From contig JAZSDL010000026.1 in assembly GCA_045531135.1 (NCBI GenBank), positions 28,300 to 92,299 on the forward strand: a stretch of 64,000 nucleotides of DNA. Direction: 5' to 3'. The notes beneath the pieces are model-generated. The model was given only the letters and a program-made list of their open reading frames with translations, did not search any database and was not told the DNA's origin. The translations under genes and the position numbers were made by a program. Source of the stretch: Eubacteriales bacterium. Lineage in GTDB: Bacteria; Bacillota; Clostridia; Oscillospirales; CAG-382. Of this stretch, positions 1 through 9,212 are shown piece after piece. Within the stretch, counting starts at the first letter, position 1. The number at the start of each line of letters is the position of its first letter.

Positions 1-490
1 GAGAGTATTCTGTACGAAGTGCATAAAAACACTAATACATTTTTATGTATAGAATAATAACACAACCACATCTTTTTGTCAAGTATGCATATAAATTTAG
101 TCATAAAATAATGCAATTTCAACACATAATTATCAATTCCGGCAAAATAACAAAAATCCCATTTGTTTTACAAAAATTTACAAAATTCGCACAATATATA
201 ACTCAAACATAACCGAAAAATTTTCGCAATTATTGCAAATCGGATAACGATTATCCAAAAATCAAATAAATCCGAGCTTTTTCGTGCTATTTTCGATCGT
301 CAAACTCGGAGTATTCTAAATTATGTTTATTATTTTATTTTAACATAGTTTATAAAAGCACTTTTTGAAGCCGTTTGCGTCGTCGAAACAATAATTAAAA
401 CAACCATATAGATTGTACATATATCACATATTTGTAATTGATGTTTTTACATATCACAAAACTAATGTTCTTGCGGTAATTTTACCGGAA

Positions 491-526
491 TCGATCAAAA
501 AACAAAGAACGGTTACACATAACCGC
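491..526 (-). terminator. weak rho-independent terminator downstream of the VanY-like gene
   Basis: On the minus strand there is a 6-bp stem CGGTTA/TAACCG (510-525) with a 4-nt loop, followed by TTCTTTGTTTTTTG. The stem is short. Confidence 0.4.
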
Positions 527-540
527 CCTTCGTAGTTAAA

Positions 541-1485
541 TTACAGTTCAATTTTAACAGAAACAATAAACCCATCAAATCCGTCGCCGGATACAGAATA
601 GGTACAATTTTCGTTTTGAGGTAAATCTACATACGTCGTACCCACAGAATCATCAAGAGGTACATAATAAATTACATATGCCACGTTATCTTCAAGTTCG
701 CTCTTATATTCAATAACGCCCTCGGTTTTAACCTTATCAATGTATTCCTCAAGAGAATATCTATACCTGTTCATGTATTGGCTGTGAGCCAAACCGACGT
801 ATCTATAAATCGTGTTGTCTGAATCATGGCTCGTATACTGTTCTTTCCCCGACGGATAACGTTGGATCACACCATAACGAAACGCCTGGTCGCGCAAATA
901 CGAAAACTCCGTATCGGAAAACTTATACGAAGAATTATAAATTGAAAACTGCACCGAATAACCGGTAACGAGATCAATTGTGGTATCTGTCTGCGCAATC
1001 TTATCACGCGAGGTATACCCCTTGTTGATAATTAAGCCGTTAGAAGGCACTTGGTCATAAAAACTCACGATAAATTTATCAATATTCGCAATCGCTTCTT
1101 GATAAAGCACCAAGGACATATTAGACAAACCGTATACATTCGTTCTGACTTCGCCGATATTAACTATTTGGCTTTGATCTATTGAAGGAAATCCATTTGA
1201 ACCGTCTTTTATAATCGCCAAGCTTCCATCAACAACAGATTTGTTTTGGTAAGGATATGCCTCGAAAACAAATTCATCATAATATTCGTACACTTTCTGT
1301 GACTGCGAAACTTCAGACAAGTCATCAGACTCGACAGAAACAACACTCTCGGTCGGTTCGCTGGACTCAACATCCTCTACCCATTGAATATCAAATTGGG
1401 CAAGTGCGCACGCATAAGATGCGAGCAAAACAAGTGCAGCGACAAGACCAATTATAATAATGTTTGACTTTTTCGCTTTTTGCAT
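541..1485 (-). CDS. membrane-anchored VanY/M15B-fold protein (D-Ala-D-Ala carboxypeptidase-like), probably non-catalytic
   Basis: Taken from ORF 541..1533, with the start moved to ATG 1485, which follows AGAGGTG (RBS, 7 nt spacing). It has an N-terminal TM helix (IIIIGLVAALVLLASYA) and an acidic Ser/Glu linker. The C-terminus matches the VanY pattern (GYTSRD; RYGVIQRYPSGKE; YRYVG...SLEEY), but the positions I expect for the Zn ligands are substituted. Confidence 0.6.
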   Translation of the reverse strand: MQKAKKSNIIIIGLVAALVLLASYACALAQFDIQWVEDVESSEPTESVVSVESDDLSEVSQSQKVYEYYDEFVFEAYPYQNKSVVDGSLAIIKDGSNGFPSIDQSQIVNIGEVRTNVYGLSNMSLVLYQEAIANIDKFIVSFYDQVPSNGLIINKGYTSRDKIAQTDTTIDLVTGYSVQFSIYNSSYKFSDTEFSYLRDQAFRYGVIQRYPSGKEQYTSHDSDNTIYRYVGLAHSQYMNRYRYSLEEYIDKVKTEGVIEYKSELEDNVAYVIYYVPLDDSVGTTYVDLPQNENCTYSVSGDGFDGFIVSVKIEL

Positions 1486-1544
1486 ATCATTCACCTCTTT
1501 TAAAAATGTGTGGGCGAACTCATCCGCCCACACACCATTACAAA

Positions 1545-4500
1545 TTAAATACCGGTTTCAGTTTTCTTCTTAAGAGCAGCATACTTATCCTTCGCCTGCT
1601 GTTCGGCAGAGCTGAAGAGCGCGGTTGCTCTGTCAGGGAACGCCTTTTCAAGCGAACTGTATCTGGTTTCACTCTTAATGAAGTCCATATAAGAAGTTGT
1701 GGGTTCCTTACTGTCAAGCACAAAAGGATTCTTTCCTTCAGCTACAAGCTCGGGGTTGAAACGGAAGTTGAACCAATATCCGGATGCAACGGCCGCCTTC
1801 GTTTCGAGCATGCTGGTGCCCAAGCCCTTCTTAATGCCGTGGTTGATACAAGGAGCGTAACCAATAATGAGCGACGGGCCCTTGTACTTTTCAGCTTCGG
1901 AGATCGCCTTTATGCACTGATTGTAGTCAGCACCCATAGCAACCTGAGCAACATATACGTAACCGTAAGACATTGCAATTGCGGCAAGATCCTTCTTCTT
2001 CATGGTCTTCCCTGCAGCGGCAAACTTAGCAGTGGAACCTGTAGGTGTAGACTTGGATGCCTGACCGCCGGTGTTAGAGTAAACCTCAGTATCAAATACG
2101 AATATGTTTATATCCTCACCGGATGCAAGTGCATGGTCAAGACCGCCGAAGCCGATATCGTATGCCCAACCGTCGCCACCAAAGATCCACATGGACTTTT
2201 TAGTGAGAAGATCGGCATCCTCAACCACCTTCTTAGCATTGTCGCAATCACAATCCTTGCATGCAGCAAGAAGTTTCTCGCCTGCAGACTTGGAAACGGC
2301 AGCATCATCCATGCCGTCAAGCCATTCCTTAGCTGCAGCTTTCATTTCATCGGAAGCACAAGACGCCTCGGTGATCTTTGCAACAGTCTCAGCAAGTCTT
2401 GCTCTGCGAGCATTCATTGCTGTAGCCATACCGATACCAAACTCGGCATTATCCTCGAAGAGAGAGTTAGCCCAAGCGGGACCGTGGCCGTTTTTATTTA
2501 CGGTGTACGGCATAGAAGGAGCGGAACCACCCCAAATAGACGAACAACCGGTAGCGTTGGCAATAAACATTCTATCGCCAAAGAGCTGAGTAATAAGCTT
2601 TGCATAGGGAGTCTCACCACATCCTGCACATGCACCGGAGAACTCGAGAAGGGGCTGCTTAAACTGGCTGCCCTTAACGGTTTCGGGCTTGAACTTAGCA
2701 AGAACCTCTGCGTTGTCACAATACTTATAGCTTGCATCAAACTCGGCCTGATACTTAAGCTGACCTTCAATAGGAGCCATCTTAAGTGCCTTTTCGCCCT
2801 TCTTGCCGGGACAGATCTGTACACAGCTCTGACATCCGAGACAGTCAAGAGCAGATACCGTCATACCAAACTTGTATCCGGGCATACCGGTCATGGGAAC
2901 AAGCTTGAATTCGGGATGTTCTGCCGCCTCAGCATCGGTAAGAGTGATAGGTCTTATAGCAGCGTGAGGACATACGAAAGAACAGAAGTTACACTGAATA
3001 CAGTTGTCGGGATTCCAATTGGGAACATCAACCGCAACACCGCGCTTTTCGTATGCGGCAGTACCCTGCGGGAAGGTACCGTCAGCATTTTCGTGGAAGA
3101 TCGAAACAGGGAGATCATCACCCTTCTGAGCGTTGGCAGGTTCGAGGATTTCCTTAACGAACTTAACAACCTCTTCTCTGCCCTCGAGCTTAACTTCCTT
3201 AGCTTCAGCATCAACAGCGTTTGCCCATTCTGCAGGAACATCGATCTTGGTGTATGCATTCGCACCTGCCTCGATAGCCGCATAGTTCATATTAACGATA
3301 TCTTCGCCCTTCTTTGCAAAGCTCTTATATGCAGCTTTCTTCATATAGTCAATAGCTTCTGCAGAAGGAATAATATTAGCAAGCGAGAAGAACGCACTCT
3401 GAAGAACCGTGTTGGTTCTGTTGCCAAGACCAATTTCACGTGCAATGGTAATAGCATCTATGGTGTAGAAGTTTACGTTTTTGGATGCAAGGTCACGCTT
3501 AACCTTTGCGGGGAGCTTTTCTTCAAGCTCGGCGGGTGTCCACTGACAGTTGAGAAGGAACGTACCGCCCTCGGCGATATCACCGGTGATATCATATCTT
3601 TCTATATAGGAAGGATTGTGACATGCAACGAAGTTCGCGTGCGATACGTAATAAGTGGAACGGATAGGAGTATCACCAAAACGAAGGTGGCTGATGGTAA
3701 TACCGCCGGACTTCTTACTGTCGTATGCGAAGTATGCCTGAATATACTTATCGGTGTGGTCACCGATGATCTTAATGGAGTTCTTGTTAGCGCCAACGGT
3801 ACCGTCAGAGCCAAGTCCCCAGAATTTACAAGAAACGATTCCCTCGCCTGCGGTATTAGGAGCGGGCTCCATAGGAAGCGAAAGGTTGGTAACGTCATCG
3901 TTGATACCGACGGTGAAGCCATCAATCGGCTTCTCGGCATCGAGATTCTTATAAACTGCAAAAATGCATGCCGGTGTGGTATCCTTAGAACCGAGACCAT
4001 ATCTACCGCCGATAATAAGAGCCGACTCAAACTTAGTACCGCGAACTGCATTAACAACGTCAAGGAAGAGCGGTTCAGCGCCTGCACCGGGTTCCTTGGT
4101 TCTATCCATAACAGCGATCTTGGTAACGGTCTCGGGGATAGCTTCAAGAAGCTTTGCCTTAACAAAAGGACGGTAAAGTCTTACCTTAAGAAGACCAACC
4201 TTGCCGCCGTGAGCATTGATATAGTCAACAGTTTCCTCGATAGTATCACAAACCGAGCCCATAGCGATAATGAGCTTTTCGGCATCGGGAGCACCGTAAT
4301 AATTAAAGAGCTTATAGTCGGTGCCGACCTTTTCGTTAACCTTATCGAGATACTTTTCTACAATTGCGGGAACTGCATCGTAGTAGGTGTTACAAGCTTC
4401 TCTTGCCTGGAAGAAAATGTCGGGGTTCTGTGCAGTACCGCGAAGAACAGGATGCTCAGGGTTGAGAGATCTCTCTCTGAACGCCTTAACAGCATCCATA

Positions 4501-5090
4501 TCACACATTTCGGCAAGATCATCATAATCCCATACTTCAACCTTCTGTACCTCATGCGAGGTGCGGAAGCCGTCAAAGAAGTGAAGGAAAGGAACTCTGC
4601 CCTCAATAGCAGCAAGGTGAGCAACCGCGCCGAGATCCATAACCTCCTGTACATTGGAAGCACAGAGCATAGCAAATCCGGTCTGGCGGCATGCCATAAC
4701 GTCGGAGTGATCACCAAAAATATTAAGTGCGTGCGAAGCAACGCAACGTGCGGAAACATGTATAACACCGGGAAGAAGCTCGCCGGCGATCTTATACATA
4801 TTAGGGATCATAAGGAGAAGACCCTGAGATGCGGTATAGGTGGTAGTAAGAGCACCTGCGGCAAGCGAACCGTGAACAGTACCCGAAGCACCGCCCTCGG
4901 ACTGCATTTCTACAACCTTAACGGTTTGGCCAAAAATGTTCTTTCTGCCTTCCGCAGACCATTGGTCAGTAACTTCAGCCATAGGCGAAGAAGGGGTGAT
5001 GGGATAAATACCTGCAACTTCTGTGAACGCATAAGACACGTGAGCCGCAGCAGTATTACCATCCATTGACAACTTTTTTCTTGTTGACAT
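1545..5090 (-). CDS. nifJ: pyruvate:ferredoxin (flavodoxin) oxidoreductase, single-polypeptide PFOR
   Basis: About 1180 aa. The N-terminus reads MDGNTAAAHVSYAFTEVAGIYPITPSSPMAE. It carries two ferredoxin-type clusters (CIQCNFCSFVCPHAAI; CLGCQSCVQICP) and a TPP-binding GDGWAYDIG motif. The start was moved to ATG 5090, which follows an AGGAGG RBS. Confidence 0.97.
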   Translation of the reverse strand: MSTRKKLSMDGNTAAAHVSYAFTEVAGIYPITPSSPMAEVTDQWSAEGRKNIFGQTVKVVEMQSEGGASGTVHGSLAAGALTTTYTASQGLLLMIPNMYKIAGELLPGVIHVSARCVASHALNIFGDHSDVMACRQTGFAMLCASNVQEVMDLGAVAHLAAIEGRVPFLHFFDGFRTSHEVQKVEVWDYDDLAEMCDMDAVKAFRERSLNPEHPVLRGTAQNPDIFFQAREACNTYYDAVPAIVEKYLDKVNEKVGTDYKLFNYYGAPDAEKLIIAMGSVCDTIEETVDYINAHGGKVGLLKVRLYRPFVKAKLLEAIPETVTKIAVMDRTKEPGAGAEPLFLDVVNAVRGTKFESALIIGGRYGLGSKDTTPACIFAVYKNLDAEKPIDGFTVGINDDVTNLSLPMEPAPNTAGEGIVSCKFWGLGSDGTVGANKNSIKIIGDHTDKYIQAYFAYDSKKSGGITISHLRFGDTPIRSTYYVSHANFVACHNPSYIERYDITGDIAEGGTFLLNCQWTPAELEEKLPAKVKRDLASKNVNFYTIDAITIAREIGLGNRTNTVLQSAFFSLANIIPSAEAIDYMKKAAYKSFAKKGEDIVNMNYAAIEAGANAYTKIDVPAEWANAVDAEAKEVKLEGREEVVKFVKEILEPANAQKGDDLPVSIFHENADGTFPQGTAAYEKRGVAVDVPNWNPDNCIQCNFCSFVCPHAAIRPITLTDAEAAEHPEFKLVPMTGMPGYKFGMTVSALDCLGCQSCVQICPGKKGEKALKMAPIEGQLKYQAEFDASYKYCDNAEVLAKFKPETVKGSQFKQPLLEFSGACAGCGETPYAKLITQLFGDRMFIANATGCSSIWGGSAPSMPYTVNKNGHGPAWANSLFEDNAEFGIGMATAMNARRARLAETVAKITEASCASDEMKAAAKEWLDGMDDAAVSKSAGEKLLAACKDCDCDNAKKVVEDADLLTKKSMWIFGGDGWAYDIGFGGLDHALASGEDINIFVFDTEVYSNTGGQASKSTPTGSTAKFAAAGKTMKKKDLAAIAMSYGYVYVAQVAMGADYNQCIKAISEAEKYKGPSLIIGYAPCINHGIKKGLGTSMLETKAAVASGYWFNFRFNPELVAEGKNPFVLDSKEPTTSYMDFIKSETRYSSLEKAFPDRATALFSSAEQQAKDKYAALKKKTETGI

Positions 5091-5128
5091 TTCGAGATGT
5101 GCCTCCTGAAATATAATTATACATGTCA

Positions 5129-5156
5129 ATTATATCACGATTTTCAAAAAAGTAAA
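5129..5156 (-). promoter_or_regulatory. candidate sigma-A promoter for nifJ
   Basis: On the minus strand: TTTACT, 16 nt spacer, then TGATATAAT (extended -10). It lies about 40 nt upstream of the nifJ start. Confidence 0.45.
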
Positions 5157-5248
5157 TAGCAAACTGCAATTTTTTCGACATATACCGCATCCTTTTTTTG
5201 CAAAAAAGGAAAATATGCGATCTTTTTTGTGAATTTATAATAAAAATA

Positions 5249-5277
5249 TTGAAAAGAGACACAATATGTGGTATGAT
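5249..5277 (+). promoter_or_regulatory. candidate sigma-A promoter for the comM/yifB-like gene
   Basis: TTGAAA (5249-5254), 17 nt spacer, TATGAT (5272-5277), with a TG at the extended -10 position. Confidence 0.5.
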
Positions 5278-5320
5278 ACAAATGATTATAAATACAAAAC
5301 ACCAAGGAGGTACATCAATA

Positions 5321-6877
5321 ATGTCGATAAGTGTTGTCTATTCGGCGGCTATACGAGGAATCGACGGATCGATAGTTACCGTCGAATCAACCAACGTACC
5401 TTCTTCTCAACCTCGTCTTGATATCATCGGTTTACCCGATGCTGCAATTAAAGAATCGCAAGGACGTGTACGTTCCGCCGCACGCGCATGTGATCTTCCG
5501 TTAAAGAAGGGTGTACTCACAGTCAACCTTGCCCCCGCGGATATTCGCAAAGAAGGCACTGTGTACGACCTCCCTATCTTAATATCCTTGCTCGATTTGC
5601 CGGGTCTTGATCGAATTGATTTTTCGGAATGCTGTTTCTTGGGCGAATTATCTTTATCGGGTGAATTACGCCCTATAACCGGTGTGCTCCCTATGGCAGT
5701 AGCTGCCCGTGATGCAGGATTTAAATATCTGTTCGTCCCTGCCGACAATGCTTGCGAGGCGTCTGCCGCTCTTGGCATAACGGTATATCCCGTAAAAGAT
5801 GCCAATCAGCTCGTCAATCACTTCCTAACAAATCGCCGCATATTACCAATGATATTCAACGAGGAGGATTTCTTCTCTGTTCCAGACAAAACAATGTTGG
5901 ACTTTGAGGATGTCAAAGGTCAGGATACCGCAAAAAAAGCATTAGAGATTGCCGCCGCAGGAGAACACAACGTTATTCTTATCGGACCTCCCGGAACCGG
6001 TAAAAGTATGCTCGCATCAAGAGTACCCTATATATTACCTCCTATCACTCTTGAAGAATCGATTGAAACCTCCAAAATTTATTCAATTGCCGGTCTTAAC
6101 AGCGAATTGAATCCTCTGCTTTCCAAGCGCCCATATCGCGCACCGCACCATTCTCTTTCCTCCGCCGCATTAATAGGCGGCGGTTCAAATCCCAAGCCGG
6201 GAGAGGTTTCACTTGCTAACAACGGTGTACTGTTTTTGGACGAATTCCCAGAGTTTGATAAACACAGTTGCGAGGTCTTGCGACAGCCGATCGAAGACAG
6301 AAACGTTACCATCACACGTGTCAGCGGGACAGTCAATTATCCCTCAACCTTTATGCTCATCTGCGCTATGAATCCCTGTAAATGCGGATATTACGGACAT
6401 CCCACAAAACCCTGTACCTGCACTCCTCAATCCCGAAGAAACTATCTTGCTATGATATCAGGTCCCATTCTTGACCGCATTGACATACAGGTAGAAGTAA
6501 ATACGCTTGATTTTTCGGAGCTTGACACATACGTAGCTGCAGAATCAAGCGATAAAATTCGAAGTAGAGTTTGCCGCGCTCGCGATTTCGCAATGAGTCG
6601 TTTTGACGGCGAAAAATTATCCAACGGAATGCCTTTAACTTCAAATGCGCGAATGCAACCCAAGCACGTACGAAAATTCTGTACATTTGATGAAAGCGGC
6701 CGTAAGGTTCTTCAACTTGCCTATGACAAATTGGGCCTGTCCGCACGCGGTTACGACCGAATTTTGAAGGTAGCCCGAACAGTAGCAGACTTTGACGAAA
6801 GCGAGTTGATTAAAAAGGATCACATCGCTCTCGCAGTACAGTTAAGAAGTCTTGACCGTAAGTATTTCAATAATTAA
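5321..6877 (+). CDS. comM: YifB/ComM family Mg-chelatase-like AAA+ ATPase
   Basis: The N-terminus has a Lon-protease-like domain (AAIRGIDGSIVTVE). The Walker A motif is GPPGTGKSM, followed by VLFLDEFPEF. The C-terminus matches the Mg-chelatase subunit ChlI C-terminal pattern. The start was moved to ATG 5321, which follows an AGGAGG RBS. Confidence 0.9.
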   Translation: MSISVVYSAAIRGIDGSIVTVESTNVPSSQPRLDIIGLPDAAIKESQGRVRSAARACDLPLKKGVLTVNLAPADIRKEGTVYDLPILISLLDLPGLDRIDFSECCFLGELSLSGELRPITGVLPMAVAARDAGFKYLFVPADNACEASAALGITVYPVKDANQLVNHFLTNRRILPMIFNEEDFFSVPDKTMLDFEDVKGQDTAKKALEIAAAGEHNVILIGPPGTGKSMLASRVPYILPPITLEESIETSKIYSIAGLNSELNPLLSKRPYRAPHHSLSSAALIGGGSNPKPGEVSLANNGVLFLDEFPEFDKHSCEVLRQPIEDRNVTITRVSGTVNYPSTFMLICAMNPCKCGYYGHPTKPCTCTPQSRRNYLAMISGPILDRIDIQVEVNTLDFSELDTYVAAESSDKIRSRVCRARDFAMSRFDGEKLSNGMPLTSNARMQPKHVRKFCTFDESGRKVLQLAYDKLGLSARGYDRILKVARTVADFDESELIKKDHIALAVQLRSLDRKYFNN

Positions 6878-6932
6878 GCATAAATGATTTTGACATTTGT
6901 TTACATAATTGATTAAAATATTACATCTCTAA

Positions 6933-7026
6933 TGTGGATACTTTTGTGGATTACACCGCTATGTATCACAAAAGTGTTGGAAATCCCACGAAAGTTATCC
7001 ACCATGGCGGATAACTTTGTGGAAAA
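6933..7026. promoter_or_regulatory. cluster of four DnaA-box-like 9-mers (each 8/9 to TTATCCACA)
   Basis: The four boxes are TGTGGATAC (6933-6941), TGTGGATTA (6945-6953), TTATCCACC (6995-7003) and TGTGGAAAA (7018-7026). They lie in the 193-bp gap between comM and the 7071 gene. Confidence 0.6.
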
Positions 7027-7070
7027 CCGAGCAGTAATGTATTCAATAATTGTTTTGAAAAGAGCAGCAT

Positions 7071-7745
7071 ATGGATTATCAAGGAAATTATTTTGATGAA
7101 GAACGAGACGAAAACGAATCGAAAACATATCGAATCGTAAAAGGCATTTTCAAATGGACCATGTATGGAATCTCCTTCATCATTTATGCAATTATTATTT
7201 ATATGATGATTGCCAACCGCGACAGCAAGATTCTCAAACGCAACTATATGCTTGAGGATACCGAGACATCCAAGGATGTGGTTTTATATCGAATTAATAC
7301 AAGTCTGTTTATGAACGATGACGGTTCGATGCAAGTATATAACGTTGATTATGCGCCGGAAGAGCAGCTGATCGAGATTGGTGTGAAGTTCAACGCAAAG
7401 AAATTAACCGATAACGAACGCATCGATTCTCTTAAATATGTTTTGACCGACGGGAATGGCAAAACATACGTTTTGACAAACGCCGTTTTTGACAGCGGCG
7501 GAAGATACGGTTTTTCGCGTGTAACATTTAAAGATATAGAGATCGATCTCGGCTCTAACGATTTGCGTTACACTCCGTTCTTAAACGCTTCGTTTCGACC
7601 GGCTATCTCAGATGAAGCATCGTTCGAACGTTCTAATGATGAGATATACCTTGAAGTCTATAAAAAATCCGACAATCAATTATTACACAAATTCAAAATA
7701 TACGATAACTCGGTAACCTACAGCAAATCCGATTATAACGACTGA
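7071..7745 (+). CDS. hypothetical single-pass membrane protein
   Basis: 224-aa ORF with one TM helix (MYGISFIIYAIIIYMMIA) after a short acidic N-terminus. I recognise no family. It lies 17 nt upstream of the next gene. Confidence 0.6.
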   Translation: MDYQGNYFDEERDENESKTYRIVKGIFKWTMYGISFIIYAIIIYMMIANRDSKILKRNYMLEDTETSKDVVLYRINTSLFMNDDGSMQVYNVDYAPEEQLIEIGVKFNAKKLTDNERIDSLKYVLTDGNGKTYVLTNAVFDSGGRYGFSRVTFKDIEIDLGSNDLRYTPFLNASFRPAISDEASFERSNDEIYLEVYKKSDNQLLHKFKIYDNSVTYSKSDYND

Positions 7746-7762
7746 TACAGGCGGTAACCATT

Positions 7763-9154
7763 ATGAAAGAAAACAGCATTTTCATAAAAGAAAAGCGCAA
7801 GGATCTGTTCACAAGAGGTTTCATTGTTCTTGCGCTGATGATCGTTTCCCTTCTCTGTGCCTTTGCACCAATATTAATGTCGGGTATTAATGACGGCGCC
7901 GCCGCTTTTTACATAATCGGCGGTTTGTTGTTCACCGCATTTCTTTCGATGTTTGTATACTTATTGTACAAGGAGTTCCACCCGAACATTCTTTTGATAC
8001 TCGGCTCTCGTGGATTTGTTGACAAAAAAAATGTCGGAGACGGAATAGAAATAGAATGGACAAATGTTGCTTCTGTTAAGCTGTTGGGCAATAAGGAAAT
8101 GCCTTATTTGGGAATAACGCTCGAAAACAGTGATATTGTGATGGCAAAAATGAAAAAGCGTGAAGCCGAAGAAATGCGCGACAATATTGATGAAAGCTTA
8201 CCACATATCCTCATCGCTCAAAACGAAGTATATATACCGATAAGCGAGTTAAAAGACACTTTTGCACGATTGGTTCGTGAGTCCAGAATTCTAAACAGCG
8301 ACAATACCGCACAAAAAACAAAACATAATCCATTCACAACCGATGATGTTCTTCGAGCATTCGGCAAACTTCCTTCAAATAGCGAAACGCATGAGGAGTA
8401 TGACGATTATATGGATGTGCAAAGCGACGAACACGATAACACAGATCAACATATCATTTCCGATATGATTACATATACATCTGTTGAACAGTCGAGCTTT
8501 TCCGCACAAATCGAATTGGACGATACCCCCAATTCGCCGGATTCCGATATCGACATAGCCGTAGCTTCGAATCCGAGCGACTCTGCCGATATTACTTCGG
8601 ACATTGAAACCGATGCGGATGAAGACGCAGCAGTGCCGTTGTTATCGTACAAGCCCGAAAACGACGATGCTTCGTTCGATGAATTATCTGCCGAGATTAA
8701 CGAATTTTTCTCTCGCGCAAAATTCTCTAAAATTTCCGAATTGGGCAAGATCTTGAACGAAAACGACGTTCCTTATTCAATTTCCAAGGAGAAACCGAAA
8801 GCGGAAAACGGTAATGAATCTATACAAAATACAGATTCTCACAATCTGACTTCCGAGGAGACGTTGGATCATACCGAAGAATCCGATACAAATATTACCG
8901 ATTCCGCTCTTTCTCAATCGACCGTCGACAACAACGATTCCGTTAGTTATATCAACGATTTCAATATAGTTTTTCCGGATAACCTGTTCAACGACAACGA
9001 TGTTCAACACGAAAACTCAGAATTGACCTTTGAGTCTCTTATTCAACAGTCAAAAGCACTTGATGAGTTGGCATATAATTCCGAAAAGAATAAATCCGCA
9101 AGCGATCCCGAAGATAACGGCGATCTTAATATGTCCGACACAAAAGAATATTAA
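7763..9154 (+). CDS. hypothetical membrane protein with a long acidic, low-complexity C-terminal tail
   Basis: 463-aa ORF with two N-terminal TM helices and a small globular region. Roughly 270 aa rich in D/E/S/N follow and look disordered. A terminator follows the gene. Confidence 0.65.
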   Translation: MKENSIFIKEKRKDLFTRGFIVLALMIVSLLCAFAPILMSGINDGAAAFYIIGGLLFTAFLSMFVYLLYKEFHPNILLILGSRGFVDKKNVGDGIEIEWTNVASVKLLGNKEMPYLGITLENSDIVMAKMKKREAEEMRDNIDESLPHILIAQNEVYIPISELKDTFARLVRESRILNSDNTAQKTKHNPFTTDDVLRAFGKLPSNSETHEEYDDYMDVQSDEHDNTDQHIISDMITYTSVEQSSFSAQIELDDTPNSPDSDIDIAVASNPSDSADITSDIETDADEDAAVPLLSYKPENDDASFDELSAEINEFFSRAKFSKISELGKILNENDVPYSISKEKPKAENGNESIQNTDSHNLTSEETLDHTEESDTNITDSALSQSTVDNNDSVSYINDFNIVFPDNLFNDNDVQHENSELTFESLIQQSKALDELAYNSEKNKSASDPEDNGDLNMSDTKEY

Positions 9155-9199
9155 AAAATCCCTGTCATTCAGCAGTATTGAATGACAGGGATTTTCTTT
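9155..9199. terminator. bidirectional rho-independent terminator
   Basis: A 15-bp perfect stem AATCCCTGTCATTCA/TGAATGACAGGGATT with loop GCAGTAT. An A-run lies upstream and a T-run downstream. It sits between convergent genes (7763..9154 on + and tyrS on -). Confidence 0.85.
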
Positions 9200-9212
9200 G
9201 TAGTCGCATTGT

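Noticed and set aside
1464-5069. A 1201-aa ORF on the plus strand.
   Set aside because: It lies exactly antisense to the PFOR gene. Its translation is low-complexity and Cys/Arg/Leu/Ser-rich with no recognisable motifs, while the minus-strand frame encodes a complete, motif-rich PFOR. It is a stop-free shadow frame caused by the strong codon bias of a highly expressed gene.
5190-5209. The AT palindrome CCTTTTTTTGCAAAAAAGG in the nifJ/comM divergent promoter region.
   Set aside because: It is an 8-bp stem made almost entirely of A-T pairs in an AT-rich spacer, which is easily produced by chance. It may be an operator, but nothing else supports that.
6878-7070. The possibility that the DnaA-box cluster is the chromosomal origin (oriC).
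   Set aside because: No dnaA, dnaN, rpmH or gyrB gene is in the window. Only four imperfect boxes are present, and I see no clear adjacent AT-rich 13-mer-type unwinding element. I treat it as a secondary DnaA-binding or regulatory site until whole-genome context says otherwise.
6913-7128. A 71-aa ORF on the minus strand spanning the comM / 7071-gene spacer.
   Set aside because: It covers the DnaA-box cluster and overlaps the start of the 7071 gene. It has no RBS and no recognisable domain, so the region is better explained as regulatory DNA.
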